This document shows, one piece after another, positions 49,251-58,319 of a stretch of DNA of 64,000 nucleotides. Within the stretch, counting starts at the first letter, position 1. The number at the start of each line of letters is the position of its first letter. The stretch covers positions 1,600,001-1,664,000 of the forward strand of contig CBDATQ010000001.1 of assembly GCA_965199955.1 (NCBI GenBank), read 5' to 3'. A model generated the notes under the pieces. The model searched no databases, was not told the DNA's origin, and saw nothing but the letters and a program-made list of their open reading frames with translations. The DNA comes from Spirochaetia bacterium (GTDB lineage: Bacteria; Spirochaetota; Spirochaetia; SZUA-6; Bin103). A program made the translations under genes and the position numbers.

Positions 49251-50076
49251 CGTCGCTCTCCGCCCTGGCGATGCTCCGGTTGCAGGAGACGAACGGGTAC
49301 TTGTAGAGGCGCAGCGCCCGCGTATGCACGTACTGCGGGACCTTCAGGTAGCAGTGCAGGTAGTCCTCGGCCTCGCGGTGCATGACGAAGTCGTCCTCGC
49401 CGGGAATCCGAGCTCCTTGGGCGCCCCGTCCCCGCTTCCGTCGGCAGCTTCCATGGCGGCCGTCGCCGCGGCCGCCTCGCCTTCCGAGGCGGCAAGGTCC
49501 TGTTCACGAACCCATGACGGCGGGAAGCCGATGTCCCTGGGGTCCAGCTTCGGATAGGCCCCCAGCACGTTCGGGCGGGAAGGAGATGGTCACCCGGACT
49601 TCCACGCCTTCCTTCCAGGGGCGCTTGTGCATGAGCTTGTAGCGCCGCGCGGGGTCCGGGTCGTGGGGGTCGAGCAGGACGGACGCGCCCCCCTGGTCCA
49701 GCCCGATGCGGAGGTTGTTGTCAGCGAAGCCGCCGTAGTCGATGAGGCCGAGGCTGGGCGCCTCCCAATGCAGGCCGTCGCCGGACTCGGCATACGCCAG
49801 CGAGCTGCATGGCGGGGATTTCATGGCGACCGAGTACCACATCCGGAACACGCCGCGTTCCTGATCGTAGATGACCGTATTGACGCCGTAGCTGACGTCC
49901 TCGAATGGTGTCGCGGTCGTTAAGATGGGATTGTCCAGGGATTTGACCGGCAGCTACGGAGAGCGCCTGATCATCCAGATGTCGTCCACCAGGTGGTCGT
50001 CGATCAGGAGCTGCGGGCCGGCGTCGAGCGTCATCGGCGGAGAAGCGGTTGACAGCGTCTGAGCTTCGTAGACCAC
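49250..50076 (-). pseudogene. 5' fragment of a GH32-like beta-propeller gene with an internal stop and frameshifts
   Basis: SD AGGAGG + GTG; 'GPQLLIDDHLVDD..RRSP*(TAG 49954)..DNPIL', 'FRMWY..SGDGLHWEAPSLG..DPDPARRYK', ending 'RSIARAESD'. Confidence 0.75.
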
Positions 50077-50188
50077 GGCGCCTCCTGGAGTTGGACGACG
50101 ATACGGCGAAGGCCCGAGGCTACTCCGGGAACGGCATGAGGTCAACGCGGGGGTAGACATCGATCCCCGGAGGGAGTTCCATGGACCC

Positions 50189-51487
50189 ATGGAGACAACC
50201 GACCGGCGACGGCTCGGGGCGTACGACGCGGCCGTGCGCGACATCCGGCACGTCCGCATCTTCCACGACCCGAACCGCTACGCGGGTCATGTCAACCGCG
50301 GCGGGATCTGGAATTTCGGCGACGGCGAGCTGGCCGTCGCGCACCGGGTGAAGGCGGCCGACTACCGGAACGCCGACTGGCTTGCGGCCGGCGCGCACGA
50401 CTTCTCCCATCTGCCCGCCGGGGCCACGTCGGGCATTCTGCTCAACCGGTCACTCGACGGCGGCCGGACGTGGCCGGAGAGCGAGAAAGCGTGGATCTGG
50501 AACAACGAGCGGTCGACGGACGAGCTCCTGGAGTGGCTGCGCCCCCGCGAGCCGGATCAGCGCGAACGGATAGACCTGTCCGACGGCGATGCGATCATGC
50601 ACTTCTCACCGGCCGGCGAGCACCTCCGCTGGCCGTTGGGCGGGGCTCTGCGGCCGCAGCTTGCGCCCGACGGCAACTTCCATCTCGGCAAGAGAGCCCC
50701 GATGACCATGCCCACCATCTGCCTGCGCAGCAGCGACCGGGGACGTACGTGGGAGCGGCATCCGACGCTCATCGAGGGGCCGTCGATCTCGCCCGATACC
50801 GGCTTGCTGGTCGCCAACCTCGGCCACGTCGCGTTCGACAACCGGGTCATCGGCATCGTCGGAACGACCAACCACCGCAACATCTCCTGCTTCTACGTCA
50901 GCTATGACAACGGCATCTCGTGGGAGTACGTGAGCGTGGTGGCGCGGGGCATGGCCGGGGACCCCGACGCCGGCTACACCTACATGGGCGTCCACCGGCT
51001 GCCCGACGGACGCCTGATGACCTGCATGCACCGCATGTCCGAGAACTGGCCGTGCGTGGCCTTCTCGGCCGACGACGGCATGAGCTGGTCGGAGCCGCGC
51101 TACGTCGTGAGCCCCGCCACGCATTGGCCCCTGGACACTGGCGATCCGCCGCGGGCGCCGCTGGATCGAGGCGGTCCCCGGTATCGCTCGCCCTGCGCGC
51201 TCATTACCCGCGGCGGGCGGATCGTCATCGTGTTCGCCCGGCGATCGGTGGGCGGCCCGCGCGGCATCCTGGGCGTGGGGAGCGACGATCTGGGGGAGAC
51301 GTGGAGCCGCGAGTTCGTGCTCCGCGGCGACTCCTACACCTGGGACTGCGGCTACCCGGTCATGACCGAGCTGAACGACGGGCGGCTGTTCACGGCCTAC
51401 TACATCACCACGCACGACGGCGGCGAGCCCGTGCCCGAATACGCCGTCGTCCGGCAGGTCGACGGCACGTTTTTCAGGCTCGACTGA
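50189..51487 (+). CDS. BNR/Asp-box repeat sialidase-like protein
   Basis: Five Asp-boxes: SLDGGRTW, SSDRGRTW, SYDNGISW, SADDGMSW, SDDLGETW; 'DCGYP'. Confidence 0.85.
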   Translation: METTDRRRLGAYDAAVRDIRHVRIFHDPNRYAGHVNRGGIWNFGDGELAVAHRVKAADYRNADWLAAGAHDFSHLPAGATSGILLNRSLDGGRTWPESEKAWIWNNERSTDELLEWLRPREPDQRERIDLSDGDAIMHFSPAGEHLRWPLGGALRPQLAPDGNFHLGKRAPMTMPTICLRSSDRGRTWERHPTLIEGPSISPDTGLLVANLGHVAFDNRVIGIVGTTNHRNISCFYVSYDNGISWEYVSVVARGMAGDPDAGYTYMGVHRLPDGRLMTCMHRMSENWPCVAFSADDGMSWSEPRYVVSPATHWPLDTGDPPRAPLDRGGPRYRSPCALITRGGRIVIVFARRSVGGPRGILGVGSDDLGETWSREFVLRGDSYTWDCGYPVMTELNDGRLFTAYYITTHDGGEPVPEYAVVRQVDGTFFRLD

Positions 51488-51499
51488 CCGAGGCGGGCG

Positions 51500-51838
51500 T
51501 CAGCTCCCGAATCAACGAACGCCCAACCGCCGTGGATGGGGTTGTCGGGCTCGAACTTCGGCCACCGGGCGCGCCGCTGCCGCGTGCCGTCGAGCACGAG
51601 CTGGCGGAAGCGCGCGAGCTCGCCTTGCACGCCGGCCGGCAGATCGCAGCGCAGGATCTGCCCGGCGAACGGCTGCCAGCCGGTGAGCCGCACGCCTCCA
51701 CTGAGGATCGGCGTCTCGCCCGGGGTAGGCCGCGTAGGTTACCGGGCACCGGGCGCTGCCGCTGTCTGTGGGGCTTAGCGCCAGCGGCTCGGGCAGGTAG
51801 TAACTGCCGCACCGCACCTCGACGCGGATCTCGCCTTC
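51500..51838 (-). pseudogene. N-terminal fragment of a GH141-like right-handed beta-helix protein
   Basis: 'VEVRCGSYYLPEPLALSPTDSG...PVTYAAYP(fs)GETPILSGGVRLTGWQP...FRQLVLDGTRQRRARWP'. Confidence 0.65.
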
Positions 51839-52465
51839 CGGGGTCGAGGCGATCGACATCGACGCCGCCCACTTCACGGTCGAGGTGCTGGGCGCTCCGG
51901 AGCTGGACACGGTCACCGTGGTCAGCCGCATGTCCACCCGTTTCCACCGGTTCCACGACGGACACGTCGCCGTCGAGCAGGGCGGCGGCGATGCCTCCGT
52001 CTCGGTCCGTTACGACGGCCGTCCGCTGTCAAAGGTCGCCGTGACGTGGGGACCGCTGCTGGTCCTTCAGGTGCCGGAACGCACCGCGCTGGCGGTCACC
52101 ACCACGGCCGGCGACGTGCGAATCCACGACCTGACGGCTTCGCACGTGACGATCACGACGACCGCCGGCGATCTCTATGTCAGCGACGTCACCGCCACGG
52201 TCGCGATCTCGGCGCGCGCGGACTTCATCGTGCTGGAGCGCGTCCACGGCCCGAAGGGAATCACCGCCGACTCCGGCTCGATCGAGGTGGCCGATTCACG
52301 AGGGGATCTCTTACCGACACTGGCGGCGAGCAGCGCCTGCGCCGCATCGACGGCGACGTCAGCTTCGCGTCCACCGACCGGCTCACGCTGACCGACCACC
52401 GAGGCTCGCTCACCATCCGCAAAGGCGCGATGCCGAGCCGGACGGGCGATCGAGCGTCCGAGTGA
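51839..52465 (+). pseudogene. DUF4097 family protein, 5'-truncated and frameshifted
   Basis: 'TTTAGDV', 'TTTAGDL', 'ADSGSIEVADSRG', then shifted 'QRLRRIDGDV...HRGSL'; paralog of 21718-22434. Confidence 0.65.
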
Positions 52466-52502
52466 AGTGCCGGACACCCCGCAGAAAACGGGACTCGTCC
52501 GT

Positions 52503-52812
52503 TCATACGACCTTCTTCTCGTAACCCGCCATGGTTCGGTTCCGCCGTGCCTGCGCAAGGTCGTAGCTCGCCTGCATCCGCATTCCAGTGCTCGGCAGTT
52601 CCCCAGCCAAGGCTCTCCAGCGCAAGAGCCATGTATGCGGACACTCCCGCCCGCCCATTCAGCAGGCGCGACAGAGTTCCACGCTCGCAGCCCAAACGGG
52701 CTGCTGTTTCGGTTACGCTCCACCCGGTCTCTTCCATGCTTTCCCGGATCAGTTCTCCCAAGTGCGGCGGGTTCAGCATGGGGCCTGCTCGTTCGCTGTC
52801 GCTGTCATTCAT
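52503..52812 (-). pseudogene. higA: HigA family antitoxin (XRE HTH) with a +1 frameshift
   Basis: 'MLNPPHLGELIRESM...TLSRLLNG..MALALE..GWGTAEHW'; an extra A at ~52583 shifts away 'MRMQASYDLAQAR'. Confidence 0.8.
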
Positions 52813-52828
52813 GGTCAGTTCCTTGTCG

Positions 52829-52908
52829 TCAGTGATAGTCAACCAGGTCCACGTCCACCGCTTCGCCGTCCTCGAAACGGAACACCACGCGCCAGTTGCC
52901 GGAGACGC
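52829..52908 (-). pseudogene. higB: 3' remnant of HigB toxin, truncated at the IS256 end
   Basis: Reads 'VSGNWRVVFRFEDGEAVDVDLVDYH*' immediately upstream of higA. Confidence 0.8.
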
Positions 52909-52912
52909 CTGG

Positions 52913-54082
52913 GAGGTCCTGTCAATAGGTGTGTAAACGAGTCAGGCAGCGTCCCGCTCCTGATCTTCGATTCGAATTCCGTCTCGGTACTCGGCTCCCA
53001 CCCACACATCTTGAAGTAGCTCCGGCGCGTTCAGCTTCCGGAACTTCGTCTCGGCCACCAACAGCATCTTCCAGATCACGGCGGTGGCGTTGGCTACCTT
53101 CTTGAATCGCTTCGCCGCATCGGTCCGTAACCTCAGCGCCGCGAACGGCGACTCGATCACATTGGTCGTCCGCAGGTGCCGCCAGTGAGCTCGTGGATAC
53201 CCGTAGTAGCTCACCATCCGCTCCCAGTCCTGCGCGATCAACTCGGCGGCTCGCTGCAGCCCCTGGCCACGCGCCCAGCTCTGGAACGATCCTCGACGTT
53301 GCTCAGCCTCCTTGAGCGTCTCGGCGTAGGCGATCTTCTTCAGCTTCCCCTTCGCTTCCTCCTGGGAGCGCTTCGGCACCTGGTCCAGCACGTTGACGAT
53401 CCGGTGATTCCAGCACCGTTGCTCCTCGGCGTCCGGATACACACCTCCCGCAGCGCCGCCTTGTCCTTCTCCAGCCCCGCTTTCACGTACAGGCCGTCGA
53501 CCCACAGGTACACCAACTCCAGATCCGCCAGGCTGCGTTCGTGCCACGCGGCCGCCTCGGCGTGCCAGCGGTCCTTCACCCGCGCCACCGTGCTCGCCGA
53601 ACAGCCCCCGCAGGGCCAGCTCGAAATCGCCCAGCGCCAGCCCGTGCAGGTACAACTGCGGCAGCACGTCGGTGACCTCAGGCGTGCGCCGCGCAAACAG
53701 CGCCAGTAGCGCGCTCTCGAACCGCTGCTCCAGCCCGCGCACCCGCGGCCGACGCACCGTCACCGTGCCGGCCCGTGTGGTCAGCTGCCGCGGCTTGCCG
53801 TAGCCGTTGCGGTAGCCGCGTTCCCCTTCATCTCGGCGACGGTAGCGGGCTCGGCCAAGAAACTCTGCGTCACCTCGTCCTCAAGCAATCCCTGCAGCCA
53901 CTGCTGAACGTGGCGCCGGGCCATCTCCTCCATGGCCTGCCAGCACGCGCTTGACTGGGTGCTCTCCTTCGTGACCAATCTCTTCCACGGCGGTGTCCTC
54001 CTGACTTTGTGGTGATTTCAGGATTCTACAGGGCGCCACCTTTTTCTTTTACTTTCTTTTACACACCTCTTGATGGTAGCTC
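52913..54082 (-). mobile_element. Decayed IS256-family insertion sequence
   Basis: Imperfect terminal inverted repeats GAGGTCCTGTCAATAGGTGTGTAAA (52913) and GAGCTACCATCAAGAGGTGTGTAAA (reverse strand from 54082); no matching target-site duplication. Confidence 0.85.
52942..53988 (-). pseudogene. IS256 transposase with frameshifts and internal deletions
   Basis: 'YRNGY', 'LYLHGLALGDF', 'YLWVDG', 'QRCWNH', 'HLRTTNVIESPF'. The segment between 'DKAAL' and 'REVYP' is missing. Confidence 0.85.
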
Positions 54083-54395
54083 GTTCTCGATACGGACCAT
54101 GGCTGCGTCTATTCCGTTTTGGACAGCGTGCTCCAGGAGACTTGCGACGCGTGGTAGTGGCGAATCCTCTCCGCGATGCAGCCAGAAAGTCCGTTAGGGA
54201 ACGCTCCGTGATGAGCCACGGCGTGGTCGAGCGCGTCCATGACCGAGTCGTCTCGACCGCTGTAGCCACCGATTACGATGCCGTATCGTTTGCATGAATC
54301 GACAAACGATGTCCGCAGGTGTGCATCTTGTTAGCGTAGCTCGACAGGCGTGTTTTCAGTTGACGGAAGCGGAAATCCCCGTGCAGTTTGACTTC
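54083..54395 (-). pseudogene. Internal fragment of a SIR2-family (SIR2_2) NADase gene
   Basis: The reverse strand reads EVKLHGDFRFRQLK(fs)TPVELR*QDAHLRTSFVDSCKRYGIVIGGYSGRDDSVMDAL...AFPNGL(fs)WLHRGEDSPLPRV...MVRIEN. Confidence 0.75.
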
Positions 54396-54396
54396 G

Positions 54397-54787
54397 TCAC
54401 CGGGTGGCATCCGGCGCCGCCAGCTCAGCCAGACGGTGGAGGTGCTCATCCGTGTGGAGGAGACCGCTGCGATGGTGGTCGGCGCAAGCCTTCACCACGA
54501 TGTCGATCGTCGGGACGGTGATGCCGTGGGCGCGGGCGGTGCGTGCAAGCTGGTACGCGGTGTCCCAGACTTCCGGCGTCAGCGGAAGCTCGACGAGGTC
54601 GCGCTCCATGTCTCGAAGCACGGCTTGTTCATGCCCGGCACGCGCCCCGTTCCACAGCTCCGCGCGGACCATCGGACACCAGGCTGCGGTACCTGCGTGC
54701 AGCAGCGCCCGGACGCGCTGCCGCACTTTCCCGGTCTCCGTCTCGGCGCAGGCTGTGAATCCACGCCGACGTGTCGATCAGCGTCAT
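54397..54787 (-). pseudogene. vapC: VapC PIN-domain toxin with a +1 frameshift
   Basis: 'MTLIDTSAWIHSLRRDGDRE', an extra A at ~54727, then 'VRQRV...ELWNGAR...PTIDIVV...LLHTDEH'; ATGA overlap with vapB. Confidence 0.8.
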
Positions 54788-54987
54788 GAACGGGAGCGCA
54801 GGTCAGCGAGCTCCTCCGGAGAAATCAGGTCGTCGCACGTGCCGAGATGGCGCGTGAGCGCTGCCATGCGCGCGCGGCGATTGAAGTCGGCGACTGCGGT
54901 GACGATCGCCTCGCGTTTGGTCTTGGCATCGGTCAACCGCATTGCTTCTTCCAGGACCTCTGCGGGAATATCGATTGAGGTCTTCAT
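54784..54987 (-). CDS. vapB: VapB antitoxin
   Basis: 'MKTSIDIP..LEEAMRLTDAKTKREAIV.A'. Confidence 0.85.
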   Translation of the reverse strand: MKTSIDIPAEVLEEAMRLTDAKTKREAIVTAVADFNRRARMAALTRHLGTCDDLISPEELADLRSRS

Positions 54988-55052
54988 GCTTCCATTGATG
55001 GCTACACGGGGAGCATTCAGTCAACCCCGACCCCGCACCAGTTCGTCCTCGG

Positions 55053-56606
55053 TCAGACCGAGTACGCGAACACGGTGGCCTGGAACAGGCGCAGCCGGAT
55101 GCCGACCATCTCTCCGACCGGCGAGATGTCGCTGCGGCCGCTCCAGGTCACCACCGCGTCCTCGGCGTCGCCGGTGAGCCGGCCGCAGTCGGCGAAGGTG
55201 AAGCCGGGGACCGGCTCCACGTCGGAGTGGACGCGCGACGGCACCGCGTGCAGCAGCTCGACCGAGACCCAGCCGCCCGGCCGGCAGCGGTAGTTGAGGC
55301 GCAGCTCGTCGCGCGTGCGGTACACGGTCGGGATCGTGCAGCGGCCCTCGACCGGCGCCTCCACCCCGCACAGGCGGTGCGGGCGCCACGACGCCCAACG
55401 CAGCTCCGCGGGCCGGGCGCCGGCGGGCCGGCCGGCGTTGTGCACCCAGGACGAGCCGGCGTAGAGCGATCCCCAGGAGCCGTCGGGCAGATCGATCACG
55501 CCGCAGCCCCAGGAGTAGACCATGCCGCTGTCGCCTTCTCCCGGCGCGCCCAGCGGGATGATCGGCCGGCGTTCCGGGCGGTGCCAGAACAGGCCGTCGC
55601 GGCTGAAGGCGATCTGGCTGTCCACGTGGTCGGTCGCCTGGTGGTAGACTTGGATCAGCATGCCGTGCAGGTCGTCACGGCCGGGGTAGGGGAAGTAGTC
55701 GCAGCCGTAGAACGACACGTCCAGGCCGTCCTGGCCGTCGGGGGCCAGGATCAGCTTGGGCGGCGGCCACGAACGGAAGTCGCGGGTGCGGGTCAGGCCG
55801 ATGGCGCGCCGCACCAGGCCCACCTCGGCAGAGCCCGACCCGACGCCGGGAGCGGCGCCGGGCTCGATCGTCATGCCGTGCACGCGGCAGTAGGCGAAGT
55901 AGTGCCCGGTGGCCCGGTCGTAGCCGGCGGACAGGCCGCCGTCCATGGGAAACGGCGCGAGCGGCGCGGCGAGCGTCCGCCAGCGCCTGCGGTCGGGCGA
56001 GGTCCAGCCGATCACCTCGCCGCCCAGCTCGACGCGCGGGCCGCGGTACGCCGGCCCTTGGTACTCCTGCGCCCTCCAGCGGCGCACCGCCTCTTCGTTG
56101 GCGCCTTCCTCGCCGCCCGTGTCCATGCGCTCGCCGGTGTCGGGGTCGAACCAGCCGCCGTCGCAGCCCATGCCCTTGAAGCGCTCCTCCGGCGGCGCGG
56201 TCGGATCCTCGAACACGGCCTTGAGCCGGTCGCCGCCGCGCTCGGTCACCCGCTCGACGAGCCGCCAGCGCGCGCCGTCCTCGCTGCGGGCCAGCAGGAT
56301 GCTGCCGTTCGCGTCGTACAGGGCGTACAGCGCGCCGCCCTCCCGCCACGCGCGCACCGGCTTCATGTGGTCGGAGCCCGAACCTCCCTCCAGCACCAGC
56401 GGCATGCTCTTGGCCGCCTGCTCGACGCGCAGGCGGACGCCGACGGGGGCGTCGTACAGCTCGAAGGTGCCGGCGCGGTTGGTGCTGCGGTTGCCGGTGT
56501 GGATCTCCTGGGTGTCCGCGATCGGCGTCCAACCCCCGGGATTGGGGCGCGGGCGCACCCAGTCGCCGGGGTAGTAGCCGCCGCGGGGGCGTCGGATCTC
56601 AGCCAT
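55053..56606 (-). CDS. Divergent GH32-like beta-propeller protein (paralog 5)
   Basis: 'SEDGARW', 'DPTAPPEERFK', 'PPPKLIL.PD', 'SFYG', 'SRDGLFW', 'IRLRLFQATVFAY'. The track ORF is over-extended. Confidence 0.72.
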   Translation of the reverse strand: MAEIRRPRGGYYPGDWVRPRPNPGGWTPIADTQEIHTGNRSTNRAGTFELYDAPVGVRLRVEQAAKSMPLVLEGGSGSDHMKPVRAWREGGALYALYDANGSILLARSEDGARWRLVERVTERGGDRLKAVFEDPTAPPEERFKGMGCDGGWFDPDTGERMDTGGEEGANEEAVRRWRAQEYQGPAYRGPRVELGGEVIGWTSPDRRRWRTLAAPLAPFPMDGGLSAGYDRATGHYFAYCRVHGMTIEPGAAPGVGSGSAEVGLVRRAIGLTRTRDFRSWPPPKLILAPDGQDGLDVSFYGCDYFPYPGRDDLHGMLIQVYHQATDHVDSQIAFSRDGLFWHRPERRPIIPLGAPGEGDSGMVYSWGCGVIDLPDGSWGSLYAGSSWVHNAGRPAGARPAELRWASWRPHRLCGVEAPVEGRCTIPTVYRTRDELRLNYRCRPGGWVSVELLHAVPSRVHSDVEPVPGFTFADCGRLTGDAEDAVVTWSGRSDISPVGEMVGIRLRLFQATVFAYSV

Positions 56607-56675
56607 GGCGGCGAGCTTAGCCGATGGGGCCGGCACCGCCCACGGACCCGTTACTATGGGCGGGAGGAGGGCACC

Positions 56676-58301
56676 ATGGCAGAGCCCACGCGCGCACGAA
56701 CCGACCTGCCCGGAGAAGGATCGGGGAGGTCGGCCCGCGACAGCTCCGGTGACTGGATCCCGTTCCTGGACTGGCGGGAAGTGTTCCCCGGCAACCGCGG
56801 GGTCGACCGGCACGGCGTCTACAACCTGTTCGACGCTCCGGTCGGGATCGCCCTGAAGGTGGAGCCGAGCGAGCCCTCCGAGCCGTTGCTGGTCGTCGAT
56901 CAGCCCTGGGAGGACCCGGCCAACATGCAGCCGTCGGCGACGTGGCGGGACGCGGAGGACGGCAGCTACGGCATCGTCTATGCCGGCCGCGACGGGGCGA
57001 TCTGCCTGGCGCGCAGCCCCGACGGCTACCGGTTCCACCGTCCGGCGCTCGGCCAGGTGGAGTGGAGCGGGTCGCTGGCCAACAACATCCTCGCCGACGG
57101 GCCTCCCGCCGGGATCCTGCTCGACCCCAAGGCGCCGCCGGAGGAGCGCTACAAGGCGCTGGGCCAGGAGGGCGGCTACTTCGACCCGCTGACCGGCGAG
57201 AAGCTGGAGAGCCGCGAGGGCCAAGCCCGCCAGAAGGCGATGGAAGAGGGCGGCCCCGATTACCGGGGGCCGCAGGCGGAGATGCGCCATTGGGTGGTGG
57301 CCTGGGTCTCGCCCGACCGGCTGCACTGGAAGCGGGTCGAGCGGCCGGTGGCGCCGTTTCCGTCCGACGGCGGCAACCGGCCGCAGTATGACGAGGCCAC
57401 CGGCATGTACTTCGACTACGTCCGCGTGCACGGGCGCGACCCCGAGTCTCCGAAGGGTATCGGCACCGGCGTCCCGGAGCGGTCGATCGGCCGCCGTTCG
57501 ATCGGCCTGATGCGCACGAAGGACTTCTTCGACTGGTCGCCGCCCAAGCTGGTGATCTACCCGACGCCGCAGGACGCGGCGGACGTCTCCTTCTACGGCG
57601 CCAACTACTCGCGCTACCCGGGGCGCGACGACCTGCACCTGCTGTTCCTGCAGGTCTACCACCAGAACGCCGACCAGATCGACGACCAGCTCGCCGTGAG
57701 CTGGGACGGGCTGATCTGGTACCGCCACCACGATCCGATCATCCCGCGCGGGCCTGCGGGCTCCGGCTACGAGGGCATGTGCCGCACCTTCGCCGGCGGC
57801 ATCGTCGAGCTGCCGGACGGCTGGTGGGCGGTCTCGCACGAGTGCAACCCCGGGCTGCACAACCGCAGCGGGTACCGTCATTTTCCGGAGCTCATCGCCA
57901 ACCCGGCGGCCGCGGACGCCATCACGCTGGAGCCGCACGAGCCGGCGTCGATCCGCTGGGCGCGCTGGCGTCCGCACCGCCTGTGCGGCATCGACACGGC
58001 GCTGGAGGGCCGCTTCACGACGCAGACCATCCGCCGCAGCCGCGGCGAGCTGCGGCTCAACTACCGCTGCCGGAGCGGCGGGTTCATCGAGGTGGAGCTG
58101 GTGCGCCTGGTGGCCGGCCGGCTGCAGCCGGACATGGACGGCCTGCCCGGATTCACCTTCGCCGACTGCGACCGGCTGACCGGCGACGAGCTCGACCGGG
58201 TGGTGACCTGGCGCGGCCGACACGACATCGCCGCCATCGGCGAGACGGTGGCCGTCCGCATCAGGATGTTCCAGGCGAAGGTGTTCGCCTGCCGCGTCTG
58301 A
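56676..58301 (+). CDS. Divergent GH32-like beta-propeller protein (paralog 6)
   Basis: SD GGAGGAGG; 'DQPWE', 'DPKAPPEERYK', 'SPDRLHW', 'SFYG', 'SWDGLIW', 'VRIRMFQAKVF'. Confidence 0.72.
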   Translation: MAEPTRARTDLPGEGSGRSARDSSGDWIPFLDWREVFPGNRGVDRHGVYNLFDAPVGIALKVEPSEPSEPLLVVDQPWEDPANMQPSATWRDAEDGSYGIVYAGRDGAICLARSPDGYRFHRPALGQVEWSGSLANNILADGPPAGILLDPKAPPEERYKALGQEGGYFDPLTGEKLESREGQARQKAMEEGGPDYRGPQAEMRHWVVAWVSPDRLHWKRVERPVAPFPSDGGNRPQYDEATGMYFDYVRVHGRDPESPKGIGTGVPERSIGRRSIGLMRTKDFFDWSPPKLVIYPTPQDAADVSFYGANYSRYPGRDDLHLLFLQVYHQNADQIDDQLAVSWDGLIWYRHHDPIIPRGPAGSGYEGMCRTFAGGIVELPDGWWAVSHECNPGLHNRSGYRHFPELIANPAAADAITLEPHEPASIRWARWRPHRLCGIDTALEGRFTTQTIRRSRGELRLNYRCRSGGFIEVELVRLVAGRLQPDMDGLPGFTFADCDRLTGDELDRVVTWRGRHDIAAIGETVAVRIRMFQAKVFACRV

Positions 58302-58319
58302 GCAGGAGTGGGAGAGGGC

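Noticed and set aside
54083..54395. A functional Sir2-Argonaute defence system
   Set aside because: Only ~100 codons with a stop and frameshifts remain, and there is no APAZ or PIWI sequence in the window.
55227..56675. N-terminal extension of the 1024-aa ORF 55227..58301
   Set aside because: Antisense to paralog 5; a strong SD marks the real start at 56676.
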